DNA of 64,000 nt, taken from NCBI GenBank assembly GCA_944389265.1, contig CALXLS010000002.1, forward strand, positions 177,349 through 241,348, read 5' to 3'. This document shows positions 16,410 through 25,383 of this stretch, in pieces. Below the pieces are notes generated by a model, which was not told the DNA's origin, did no database searches, and saw only the letters and a list, made by a program, of their open reading frames with translations. A program made the position numbers and the translations under genes. The stretch is from an uncultured Alphaproteobacteria bacterium. GTDB lineage: Bacteria > Pseudomonadota > Alphaproteobacteria > Rs-D84. How positions within the stretch are numbered: the stretch's first letter is position 1; each line of letters begins with the position of its first letter.

Positions 16410-16949
16410 AACTACTACGATTGCTGTACGCAAAACAGTATCTCCGAACATATACCCCGGTTGCATTTCTTCAACTATCGTATTAGATATTAACTTTTTT
16501 CCGTTTTCTTCTGGCACTTCAACGACCTGGATAGCATTATGATATTGCGGGTTTAAAACCTTACCTAAAGATTCTATTTTAGTTATACCGATTTGAGTAA
16601 AAGCACTTTCCATCGCAAGAGCCATCGACTTAATACCCTCATCATCAGGATTTAATTTCAAAGCCGCTTCAACAGCATCCATTACAGGCAAAAACTTTTT
16701 AGCGACAGACATCGCCCTATTACGTGCACTAGATTCTGCATCCAAAGCCGCACGACGACGAGTATTTTCTAACTCTGCCGCCAGACGCAAATATTTATCA
16801 TTTAAATCAGAAAGTTTAGCAGTTAATTCAGCAACTTCTTTATCAGAATCTTTACTATTATCAATGGGTTCTGCTATTTTTTCTTCAGTTTCTTTATTTT
16901 CAGTATCAGAAATTGATACTTCGTCTACTTTTACTTCTTTTTCTTCCAT
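16401..16949 (-). CDS. grpE: Nucleotide exchange factor GrpE
   Basis: 182 aa. Acidic N-terminus, then LNDKYLRLAAELENTRRRAALDAE...FLPVMDAVEAAL and a C-terminal beta-domain ...MQPGYMFGDTVLRTAIVVVSK. Typical GrpE. Confidence 0.9.
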   Translation of the reverse strand: MEEKEVKVDEVSISDTENKETEEKIAEPIDNSKDSDKEVAELTAKLSDLNDKYLRLAAELENTRRRAALDAESSARNRAMSVAKKFLPVMDAVEAALKLNPDDEGIKSMALAMESAFTQIGITKIESLGKVLNPQYHNAIQVVEVPEENGKKLISNTIVEEMQPGYMFGDTVLRTAIVVVSK

Positions 16950-17012
16950 GCCAAAACCTATTTTAAATCAAATCGGGGGCGGCGGATTACACCCCCGAAA
17001 ACCACTATATAA

Positions 17013-17717
17013 TTATTTCACACTTGTTATTATAGGTATGAAGTCGTCAGGTTTCAAGGATGCCCCACCAACTAAAACCCCATCAACATTTGGAATAGAC
17101 ATAATTTCTGCTGCATTTGTAGCTTTTACGCTTGCCCCATACAAAACAGGTGTTCCATACAATCCCATATTATTTAAAGTATCTGCTATTAATTTATGTG
17201 CTTCTGCAATTTCTGCTTCTGTCGGTGTCAAACCAGCACCAATTGCCCAACGAGGTTCATAAGCAACTATAATATCTTGATTAACATCACTTGGTATAGA
17301 TTCACGAACTCCAGATTCTATAACCGCCATTGTCTTGCCCGCTTGTTTTTCTTCCATAGTTTCACCGACACAAATTATAGGTGTCAACCCTGCACTCAAC
17401 GCCAACTCTGCTTTCTGACGAACAATGTCATTTGTTTCTTCATGGTATTGACGGCGTTCACTATGTCCAACGATAACATATTTTGCACCAGTCTCCGCAA
17501 TCATTGCCGCAGAAATTTCACCCGTATAAGCACCTTTTTCGTGTGCGCTAACATCCTGTGCACCCAAAGAAACCTTGCCAGAATTAAGCCCCAACATTGT
17601 ATAAGGAACACATAAAATAACCTTATTCTCTGTATCTACATTTTGCAAAGCATCTACCATTTCTTTTAATGCGGTACGAGTTCCATTCATTTTCCAGTTT
17701 CCAGCAATAAATTTCAT
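17013..17717 (-). CDS. tpiA: Triosephosphate isomerase
   Basis: MKFIAGNWKMNGT...VILCVPYT...VIVGHSERR...AYEPRWAIGAG are TIM hallmarks. The start is placed at the internal ATG with AAGGGG SD. The 66-codon N-terminal extension in the ORF track is rejected. Confidence 0.9.
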   Translation of the reverse strand: MKFIAGNWKMNGTRTALKEMVDALQNVDTENKVILCVPYTMLGLNSGKVSLGAQDVSAHEKGAYTGEISAAMIAETGAKYVIVGHSERRQYHEETNDIVRQKAELALSAGLTPIICVGETMEEKQAGKTMAVIESGVRESIPSDVNQDIIVAYEPRWAIGAGLTPTEAEIAEAHKLIADTLNNMGLYGTPVLYGASVKATNAAEIMSIPNVDGVLVGGASLKPDDFIPIITSVK

Positions 17718-17785
17718 TGATTTTCCCCTTTTTTTCATTGATTTTTCTGATATCGTTTTGCTATGGTATCGCAAAAGGGGATTAA

Positions 17786-19198
17786 ATGCTAGAATATTTA
17801 CGTAATGCAGCAGATAAACCTGTTGCAAAAATTTTAATTGGAATTTTGGCTTTTTCGTTTGTTGGCTGGGGTGTTGCTGAATGGATTTTTGGTAGTGTTG
17901 CAGGAGATACAACACTTGTACGTGTTGGCAATGCAGAAATAACCATGCAACAATTCAACTTGGAAAAAGCACGCGAATTGTCAAATATGACCCGCGAACA
18001 GCAGCGCGCATTTTATTCAGACCCAGTTTCTGTCCAAGCTTTAAATGATAAGATTTTATCCAATCTTACAACACAAACCATGGCAGAAAATCGCGCAAAA
18101 GATTTAGGATTCTTTGTAACAGATTCAAAAATCGCCAATGAAATTCGTGAATTTCCGGAATTTCAATCAAACGGCGAATTTTCAACATACTTATTTGATA
18201 GCGTATTAGCCAACTCTGGTTATACAGAAGCAGATTTTGCAGATGTTTTACGTGGCCAAGTTTTGCGTTCTTATGTTCTTGGCGCGATGTCCTTACCAGT
18301 AAAAGTTCCAAATTTTGCTTTAACTGCCGCATATAATGCAAGATACAGTCAAAGACAAATAGATTATACAACAGTAAAATTCTCTGATTTCAAAGTAGGT
18401 GAACCTACAGAAGAACAATTAAAAGAGTTTTATGCGCAACATCCGCACGTAATTCCAGAACAAAGAACAGTATCATATGTATTAATTACTGCAGATATGG
18501 ATAAACCAGACAGTTATGATGAAGGTTATGAACAAGCGATTCGCGTAGAAGATGACATTATTGCTGGTGAATCAATGTCTGTCGCAGCAAACAAGAATAA
18601 AGCAAAATATATTTCTCTTGGGACATTCGGTGAAGGCAATCGTCCGGTTGATACCTTATTAACAGACCAGATGATGAACCGAATATTCTCAATGGATGAA
18701 GGGTTAGAGAGTGAAATTATCGAAACGAAAAAAGGTTTTGTAATTGTTCGCGTTGACAAGGTAATACCGTCACACAATGCAGAATTTTCATCTGTTAAAA
18801 AGAATATCACATCTGATTGGAAACGTGAAGAGCAACGTAAACAAGCATATCTTCGTGCGAATGAAATTTTGATAGACTTAAATCAAAACGGAAAACAAGA
18901 AGACAAAAAGACCGTTACCGTTTCCAGAACTTCTGGTGCTCCAACAGACGTCTTGGTTGCAACATTCAACTCAGAATTAAATACAAATTCAATTGTACCA
19001 GGTTCTGACGCATTTTACGTTTTGCACATAGAAAAAGAAATTGCACCAAAAACTGACACAAAAAAAATGGCAGATTTGCGCAAAGAATTGGAAAATATCT
19101 CTATGGAAGAAATTACAGATGACTACAATGCATTTCTGATTAGAGAATATCCAGTAAAAATAAATAAAAAAATATTTAACAGATTTTTCAATAAATAA
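17786..19198 (+). CDS. ppiD: Periplasmic chaperone / peptidyl-prolyl isomerase, PpiD-like (SurA-N-type)
   Basis: MLEYLRNAADKPVAKILIGILAFSFVGWGV has an N-terminal TM anchor like PpiD. Length is 470 aa. AAGGGG SD. Confidence 0.6.
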   Translation: MLEYLRNAADKPVAKILIGILAFSFVGWGVAEWIFGSVAGDTTLVRVGNAEITMQQFNLEKARELSNMTREQQRAFYSDPVSVQALNDKILSNLTTQTMAENRAKDLGFFVTDSKIANEIREFPEFQSNGEFSTYLFDSVLANSGYTEADFADVLRGQVLRSYVLGAMSLPVKVPNFALTAAYNARYSQRQIDYTTVKFSDFKVGEPTEEQLKEFYAQHPHVIPEQRTVSYVLITADMDKPDSYDEGYEQAIRVEDDIIAGESMSVAANKNKAKYISLGTFGEGNRPVDTLLTDQMMNRIFSMDEGLESEIIETKKGFVIVRVDKVIPSHNAEFSSVKKNITSDWKREEQRKQAYLRANEILIDLNQNGKQEDKKTVTVSRTSGAPTDVLVATFNSELNTNSIVPGSDAFYVLHIEKEIAPKTDTKKMADLRKELENISMEEITDDYNAFLIREYPVKINKKIFNRFFNK

Positions 19199-19228
19199 AA
19201 AAGAACCGCCAAAAGGCGGTTTTTTTTA
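19196..19228. terminator. Bidirectional terminator
   Basis: AAAAAAG-ACCGCC-aaaa-GGCGGT-TTTTTTT. Confidence 0.75.
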
Positions 19229-19642
19229 TTTAGATTTTTGTTTCATTTGTGTACGAATTTGTAATATACGATTTTTTATATCTTCACCATTGTAATAAAC
19301 AACCCTGATAGAGCGCACAAATTTTTTCTGATCCGGTTTATCAAAGAAATCTTTATTTAAAATTCTTAATACAGATTTAGGAGTATAAAAATATTTACTT
19401 TTATGAACATTTGCTTTCAACCCATTTCTTGCAAACAAAAATCTTGCGACATCTATATTTTCTTTTTCTTGCAAAGCATAATAAAAATAATTTTTACCAT
19501 CTTTAGCATTTAAAAAATACGTTTCTGAAGCCATACAAGATAATAAATAAATATCTTCCTCAGCAAAAGAGCTAAGTCCTTTTGACAATTTAGGTGCAGT
19601 TAAAAAGTTTTGTATATATTCAATTCCATTAAAAATATTCAT
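19226..19642 (-). CDS. Hypothetical protein (138 aa)
   Basis: Start placed at MNIFNGIEY with an AAGGG SD. The upstream ATG at 19684 has no SD. No recognizable domain. Confidence 0.5.
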   Translation of the reverse strand: MNIFNGIEYIQNFLTAPKLSKGLSSFAEEDIYLLSCMASETYFLNAKDGKNYFYYALQEKENIDVARFLFARNGLKANVHKSKYFYTPKSVLRILNKDFFDKPDQKKFVRSIRVVYYNGEDIKNRILQIRTQMKQKSK

Positions 19643-19784
19643 TTCATAACCCTTATTTATAATATTTATTATAAGCAGAGGCATATATTATATAAAAAAA
19701 ATAAATTATCAAGTATTCTAACAAACAAAACTTTCCCGCAGTCAAAAACTGACAGGAAAGTTTTGCCGGACAAATATGTAAATA

Positions 19785-22700
19785 TTAAATTCCTAGTCTA
19801 TGATTCAATTTCATCATAAATATAGATTCATTACCAAATTCACTCGTATTATTAGGATTTACACGATAAATAAAACCAATTGCACCATCTGTCCAAGGTC
19901 CAAAATTATGACGATAAGTTCCAACAAAACGTAATTCTTTTGCATCTGGGCTTAAATCAACATTTTCGATATGAGTATCATTTACAACTAAATCATACTT
20001 TCCACCCTCAACCTCAACTATTTCATAATCTGCATAAGCATATTGCAAACTACCTTTACTTACCGTAAGAGGCTGAGAAACACTAAAACTGAAATTACCT
20101 GCATCTACCCCGAAAGCGAACGCATTAGATTCGATATCTGATAAGCCAAGTATAATTTGTCCGCTTGCATCAGATTCAGTATGAGCAAAAGTAGAACGCA
20201 AAGTAAAATTCAATTTTTCATATGGGGAATAATGAATTTCAGAATCTACATAAGTAGTATTACCCTGCCCCATATTCAATAATCCACCACTTTGCGCACC
20301 CAATAAAGTATCTGTTTCATGCGCTGTACCAATAGATGTTGTAAAACCAAATTTTTCACCATTCCAAGAAACATCTGATTGCATACCTTGCATCAATCCT
20401 AGTCTTGCAGGATTATATTGTGAAGAAACAGTTGGGTCATTATCCAATAATTCTTCATCTGTTATTGCGCCAGAAAAAGCACGTGTACCAAAAGACCATT
20501 TACCCATATTATAAACAATATCAGAGGTTATCGCGTTTGAAGCCAACCCAAGCACAGGATTTGACATACCATCAAATCTGGAAGCACCGTCTGTAAAATA
20601 GCGTTGATATTCTGCGGCTAAATTCCAATTATCAACAGAATAGTCTAAACGCATATTATCCAATCCATTCAGATTATCTGCATAAGGTTTTTCAGATACA
20701 GCCATAGAAAAACCGAAATCTCCGAATTGAACTTTATTAGGTTCTGACTTACGTGTTTTAAAATCACCTAAAACATCACCCATATATAAACCGCGCTTAT
20801 CCTGTACCCCCAGCGCAAAATCATTCTTCCAAATACGAGGCAAAGACATATCGCCATCTACACTTTCCAAAAAGTCAAAGAAAGGCGCACTAATTCTTGC
20901 TGTACTGGGACTTAATGCCGCAGAAGGCCGGAAAATAGTATTACTTGCTGCACGCCAATAAGCATTTCCTGAATCAGATACAATTTCGTTTCCATTATAA
21001 TAATATATAGAATGCCCAGGTGTCATAGCTCTTTCCAAATTAATTAAACCATAACCATAAACCTCTGCAAAAGCATCCAGATAAGCCTGTCCTGTTAAAT
21101 TATCTGCATAATAATCAGGTGGCAAAGAGTACATAGATTTCAAATAAGCAACCAAAGTGTCTGTTGTGAAAGAAGTTCCTGCATCTGTCGTACCAAGATA
21201 AGGTCCGTCAGCTGTCAACGCCAACAAAGTAAATATCTGTTGGTTATTCATATAATTAAATGCGCCTTTTAATGCTGCAACTGCACCTGCTGCCGAAGCA
21301 GTTGCCATTTCTGCAGTGGGTCCTGCTGCTGAAAAGCACCATGGGTCAATACCATTTATTCCAAGTCCCGCCAAACCACATTTACGAGAAGAATAAACGA
21401 CATCGTCATCAGTAGTATCTGTACCTTTATTATCCTGCCACATAGAAAGATAAATTGGACCATATGCACTTCCTGTACCGTTTCCATAATCTTCTATACT
21501 ATCTGCACCAGAAGTACCTTTAGAATGCTGTACCGCAACAACCGTCATAAATAAATGTTCTAAATTATCGTCATATAATGCAGGTGCATAATTTTCGAAA
21601 GTTGCGTCCAAAACAGTTAAAGATTTGCCATCTCCAACGCCATATTCAAATTCACCGGCAGGCATAACTAAAATAGGCAAACTAGAATTATATCCGTTAA
21701 ATAGAGTATTGGCATAGCCCCCCTGTGTAGTAGTTCCGGAATCATCATTATCGTAATATGAATTTATCTGATTCATAAAAACAGTTTTCGTATCCAAACC
21801 ACTATTCAATGCAAACAGCGAAGCCATTTCCCCAGTTGTTAAATAAGAAGTGCTGCGAGATTCAGGGTTCAAAACTGCATTTGCAATTGCCGCAGAACCA
21901 CTATTACGCGCGTTATACATAGCCTGGAAATTCATAACATCAATTTCCTGCCACTCTTTTTGAACATATATATTGTTGTTATTTACTACATAAACTGCAT
22001 CAATAGTATTTTTTCCCGAAGTATTTACATAATAATAACCATCTGTTCCGACATATATTGCAATATCTGTTTCATCATCACCACAACCACTAGTACAAGT
22101 ACCTATCATCATAGAACTTTCTGAAGCAAGGTTATATGTAGTTCCATTAATTTCTATTGTCGGATTTGTGACCCCTGCCCCAGTTGTTGCCGCAGCAATG
22201 GTATAAGTTTTTCCATTTAATGTTATTGTATCCCCTGCTTCGATAGTATTAGCCGTTCCACCTGATGCAGAATCCGTCAAAGTACCAACCACAGACCCCT
22301 GCGTTGGATTTTGTACATCAACAAAGCCGTATCCGTTTCCAGTTCTATACACAGCCAATTGACCATTAGGAATAAAACCATACAAATCCCCATACGCACG
22401 CCCACCTGCTTCCCAACCTGCAACTATTTTGGCCAGCGCATTTTCATTTGCCGTAGCGAAAGGATTCATAGCAGTACCACTTCCCGACAAATCGTATCCG
22501 ACAAGTTCAGCGCCGCAAGTTTCACCTTCCACACAAGGAGCAGAATAGTTCGCATACTTATCAACAGTATACGTATTTGAATTTGCACTTGCACTATCAG
22601 AATAAGTGATTCCATATCCACGCCCTGCCGAGCCTGTTGGATTTACACCATTAGCAGTAATCAAAGAAACAAGCATAGGTTTTCCACCACCTGCTTGATT

Positions 22701-23507
22701 TAAAATCTTTACAGGATTATTTGATTCATCACGGAATGTGGCCTGTCCCATATACCCATTTGCAAAAGCGGAATAACCGTGCATCATTAACAAATAATTT
22801 TGCATAGGAACCGAAATCCCGCCAGTCACATAGTTATTAGAGGTTTGAACAGACGGTCTAAAATAATTAAAATCGGCTTCACGAATACCACCTGCACTAG
22901 GGTCCCAATTTTGCAAATTAGATAAATAAGCCGCCTGACTATAAGAAATCTCGCCTGTTGTAGTAAAATAAGCAGGTCCCACAGGTATTTTACCACTTGC
23001 AGTAGCGCCACTATCTCCACCGTCACCACCGCCACCAGGTCTTGTTCCATCTGAAGACGAACCTACATTTTCATTACCTGGGTCAAGTACATCTGTCAAT
23101 AGAAACAGTCCACCTACAACAACGGCGGCTCCCGCCGCCGCTAGTGCCATACCTTGGGCGGAAGACAACCCGCTAAATAATCCACCACTACTCTTCGGTT
23201 TATTCTTAGAATTATATTGTTTTATTTGTTGATCACACTTTGATGCATCCGCACCATACATTTGTAAAATCTGTGCTGCACGAATATCGTTATTCATCAA
23301 CGCAGTACAAACGATAGATAACCCTGTACTATCAACATAATTAACATTTGCACCATTATTTATTAAAATTTGTACCTGCTGAATATCTGCATTTTTAGCA
23401 GCAGACAATAACTGAGCAGCAATAGTAAAATCATTAGTTGCAGCAAATAACGCACTTGGTGCTAAAAACAATGAAAAAAGTAAAATTCTGATATATTTCA
23501 TTAACAA
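19785..23507 (-). CDS. Large secreted protein (1240 aa) with N-terminal ankyrin repeat(s). Has degenerate subtilase-like stretches and a C-terminal beta-rich, possibly outer-membrane domain.
   Basis: Signal peptide MLMKYIRILLFSLFLAPSALFA. An ankyrin-like segment NGANVNYVDSTGLSIVCTALMNNDIRAAQILQMYGAD. GPTAEMATASAAGAVAALKGAF and GYGLINLERAM resemble the subtilase Ser-motif and C-terminal regions, but no clear catalytic Asp/His/Ser triad is visible. The C-terminal ~350 aa show an alternating beta pattern. Confidence 0.6.
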   Translation of the reverse strand: MLMKYIRILLFSLFLAPSALFAATNDFTIAAQLLSAAKNADIQQVQILINNGANVNYVDSTGLSIVCTALMNNDIRAAQILQMYGADASKCDQQIKQYNSKNKPKSSGGLFSGLSSAQGMALAAAGAAVVVGGLFLLTDVLDPGNENVGSSSDGTRPGGGGDGGDSGATASGKIPVGPAYFTTTGEISYSQAAYLSNLQNWDPSAGGIREADFNYFRPSVQTSNNYVTGGISVPMQNYLLMMHGYSAFANGYMGQATFRDESNNPVKILNQAGGGKPMLVSLITANGVNPTGSAGRGYGITYSDSASANSNTYTVDKYANYSAPCVEGETCGAELVGYDLSGSGTAMNPFATANENALAKIVAGWEAGGRAYGDLYGFIPNGQLAVYRTGNGYGFVDVQNPTQGSVVGTLTDSASGGTANTIEAGDTITLNGKTYTIAAATTGAGVTNPTIEINGTTYNLASESSMMIGTCTSGCGDDETDIAIYVGTDGYYYVNTSGKNTIDAVYVVNNNNIYVQKEWQEIDVMNFQAMYNARNSGSAAIANAVLNPESRSTSYLTTGEMASLFALNSGLDTKTVFMNQINSYYDNDDSGTTTQGGYANTLFNGYNSSLPILVMPAGEFEYGVGDGKSLTVLDATFENYAPALYDDNLEHLFMTVVAVQHSKGTSGADSIEDYGNGTGSAYGPIYLSMWQDNKGTDTTDDDVVYSSRKCGLAGLGINGIDPWCFSAAGPTAEMATASAAGAVAALKGAFNYMNNQQIFTLLALTADGPYLGTTDAGTSFTTDTLVAYLKSMYSLPPDYYADNLTGQAYLDAFAEVYGYGLINLERAMTPGHSIYYYNGNEIVSDSGNAYWRAASNTIFRPSAALSPSTARISAPFFDFLESVDGDMSLPRIWKNDFALGVQDKRGLYMGDVLGDFKTRKSEPNKVQFGDFGFSMAVSEKPYADNLNGLDNMRLDYSVDNWNLAAEYQRYFTDGASRFDGMSNPVLGLASNAITSDIVYNMGKWSFGTRAFSGAITDEELLDNDPTVSSQYNPARLGLMQGMQSDVSWNGEKFGFTTSIGTAHETDTLLGAQSGGLLNMGQGNTTYVDSEIHYSPYEKLNFTLRSTFAHTESDASGQIILGLSDIESNAFAFGVDAGNFSFSVSQPLTVSKGSLQYAYADYEIVEVEGGKYDLVVNDTHIENVDLSPDAKELRFVGTYRHNFGPWTDGAIGFIYRVNPNNTSEFGNESIFMMKLNHRLGI

Positions 23508-23571
23508 TTCTCTCTATACAAAATATTTTAACACACAACAGAATTATATGTCTAGGAAAAACTTTTTTCAC

Positions 23572-23597
23572 AAAAAAACACCCGCCTTACAGGCGGG
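23572..23597 (-). terminator. Rho-independent terminator for the gene at 23624-24373
   Basis: Minus strand: GCCCGCC-tgtaa-GGCGGGTG followed by U7. Confidence 0.7.
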
Positions 23598-23623
23598 CAT
23601 AAAATTTAAAGAAAAATCATTAC

Positions 23624-24373
23624 TTAACGAACACGTTGAATAACTCTTGTTCTTTTTACAATAACTACACCACTAGCCGCAGCATATTTTTTTACTGCTT
23701 GTTTCACAGTATCTGCTTTTTCATTCTGGTAATAGTTATTAATAACACCACCATTATTAATAGTAATAGTACCTTCATTTACAGCACCCTTTCCCAAAAT
23801 AACAGTTGAGTTATTAGGAACCTGATTACCGTTTACAATTGTAATATCACCATTATTTCTTGCATTTTCATCAAGTTTTACATTAGCGCCAACAACACCA
23901 TTAACATTATTATTTATGTTATTATTTATAACATTATTAATAACGGGTTGTTCTTTTTTCTGTTCTTGTTTTGGTTTTACAATTACAGGCTTTTTAGTTT
24001 TCTTTACCGGCGCTACTGGCTTTTTGCTATTTCTGCAATCTTCCAAGTCACCTTTTACAATAGTCAACGAATCGTTCAAGACCACAATAGAATCATTTAA
24101 GACACCAATAGAATCATTCAGAACAATAATAGAATCAGCCTGCACATCATTTGCATAGGATAAATCTGAGATTTTAGAGTTTGCCTCTTTCAACGCATCT
24201 GCTGCATTTGATAATTGAGTATTAGCATTTTTAAGTTGTTCGATATTTTGCTTATTGATATCACGTTCATCTTGTTTTTCAGAACATTGATGAACCCCGA
24301 ACAACAACAATAATACCGCCGCAACACCTGCACCAGTATGAATTAAAACTTTTTTATTAAGATTTAAAGCCAT
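23624..24373 (-). CDS. Membrane-anchored coiled-coil protein with tandem LNDSIxV repeats and Lys-rich and Asn-rich regions (249 aa)
   Basis: N-terminal TM helix GAGVAAVLLLLFGV. Coiled-coil. DSIIVLNDSIGVLNDSIVVLNDSLTIV is encoded by tandem 21-24-bp DNA repeats. A KPK-rich linker and a C-terminal N/G/I/T-rich beta-like region follow. Confidence 0.65.
   Translation of the reverse strand: MALNLNKKVLIHTGAGVAAVLLLLFGVHQCSEKQDERDINKQNIEQLKNANTQLSNAADALKEANSKISDLSYANDVQADSIIVLNDSIGVLNDSIVVLNDSLTIVKGDLEDCRNSKKPVAPVKKTKKPVIVKPKQEQKKEQPVINNVINNNINNNVNGVVGANVKLDENARNNGDITIVNGNQVPNNSTVILGKGAVNEGTITINNGGVINNYYQNEKADTVKQAVKKYAAASGVVIVKRTRVIQRVR
24057..24140 (-). repeat. Four tandem 21-24-bp repeats inside the CDS
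   Basis: AATAGAATCATT(T/C)A(A/G)GAC variants, repeated four times. They encode the (V)LNDSI(x)V peptide repeats. Confidence 0.8.
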
Positions 24374-24505
24374 TTTGCTTTCCTTTTTTTATTCTACACT
24401 TATAATTTAGTACAAAACAATACTTTTGTCAACTATTAAAATAAAAAATCTTTTTTCTCTTTCACAGCATAGTATTTTTTGATATAATTTTACCCAAAGA
24501 GAGAA

Positions 24506-25372
24506 ATGAAGAAAAAAGCCTTATTTTTTGTGCTTGGGTTGTATTTTATGCCAGCGATTTCCGTTGCTGCAACCTGCTCACAAGCAAATTTAACTCGTTG
24601 TCTTGATTCCGCATGTGCAATAAATGTATCTTCAAACCCTGCGGCACGCTGCCAATATTGTGGTACATCAAGTGCTGGTACACCATCAAATTCTAATACT
24701 ATGCGCAGTTTAACATTGGGGCAATCTACTAAATACATACTAACAGAAGATGAATTAGAAGACGCGCCAACAGCCCCCGGCAAACGATATGCATGGGCAA
24801 CTGCAGAATGTATAAAGAAAATAGAAGGTTGTACTGCGGACGATGTTTCTGATGTATACGACAGTTTAATTGAACAATCTTGTAAAGCGGCTGGTATCAG
24901 CGCAAAAATGACAGAACTTCGTGCCGCTGCTGCGAAACCGGTCAGTGCTACAACTTGCAGCACAGACATTCGTGCATGCATGATAGACACAAAAAAATGT
25001 GGTCCTGATTTCAGTTCATGCGAAACAGATGCAGAATTCAACAACTTTTTTGCTGCATGCAGTGTAGAAGCCACCGGTTGTGATGATTACATATCAAGTA
25101 TTCGTGACACACTTATATCTGACCGCGATACAGCAATTGCAAATGCAGACAAATTATTATCCAACATAGTCACTGCATACCAGACAGCACGCGACAAAAA
25201 ATTATCTGATGCAAAGACCGCATGTACAGACAATACGGCTCGTGAAACATGTATAAAAAGTGTTTGTGAACGCAGTATGCCAAACAAATGCGCAGTTGGT
25301 TATGAATCAGAAAAATCAGCGGCAACACAATTATGTAAATTTTACGATTTGGCCTGTGACCTATTAAAATAA
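24506..25372 (+). CDS. Secreted cysteine-rich protein (288 aa)
   Basis: Signal peptide MKKKALFFVLGLYFMPAISVAA. ATCSQANLTRCLDSACAINV...ARCQYCG. About 26 Cys. The opposite-strand ORF at 24490-25074 is treated as a shadow. Confidence 0.7.
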   Translation: MKKKALFFVLGLYFMPAISVAATCSQANLTRCLDSACAINVSSNPAARCQYCGTSSAGTPSNSNTMRSLTLGQSTKYILTEDELEDAPTAPGKRYAWATAECIKKIEGCTADDVSDVYDSLIEQSCKAAGISAKMTELRAAAAKPVSATTCSTDIRACMIDTKKCGPDFSSCETDAEFNNFFAACSVEATGCDDYISSIRDTLISDRDTAIANADKLLSNIVTAYQTARDKKLSDAKTACTDNTARETCIKSVCERSMPNKCAVGYESEKSAATQLCKFYDLACDLLK

Positions 25373-25383
25373 ATAAAAAGATA

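Noticed and set aside
17718-17915. N-terminal extensions offered by the ORF track for tpiA (+66 aa), rplR (+14), rplN (+10), rpsJ (+13), mltG (+10), the 829 gene (+26) and 19226 (+14)
   Set aside because: Internal ATGs have proper SD sequences and give N-termini matching conserved family starts ([30 protein letters not shown], etc.). The extensions lack an SD.
24490-25074. 194-aa minus-strand ORF
   Set aside because: Entirely antisense to the signal-peptide, Cys-rich gene at 24506-25372, which has far better gene features. Shadow ORF.
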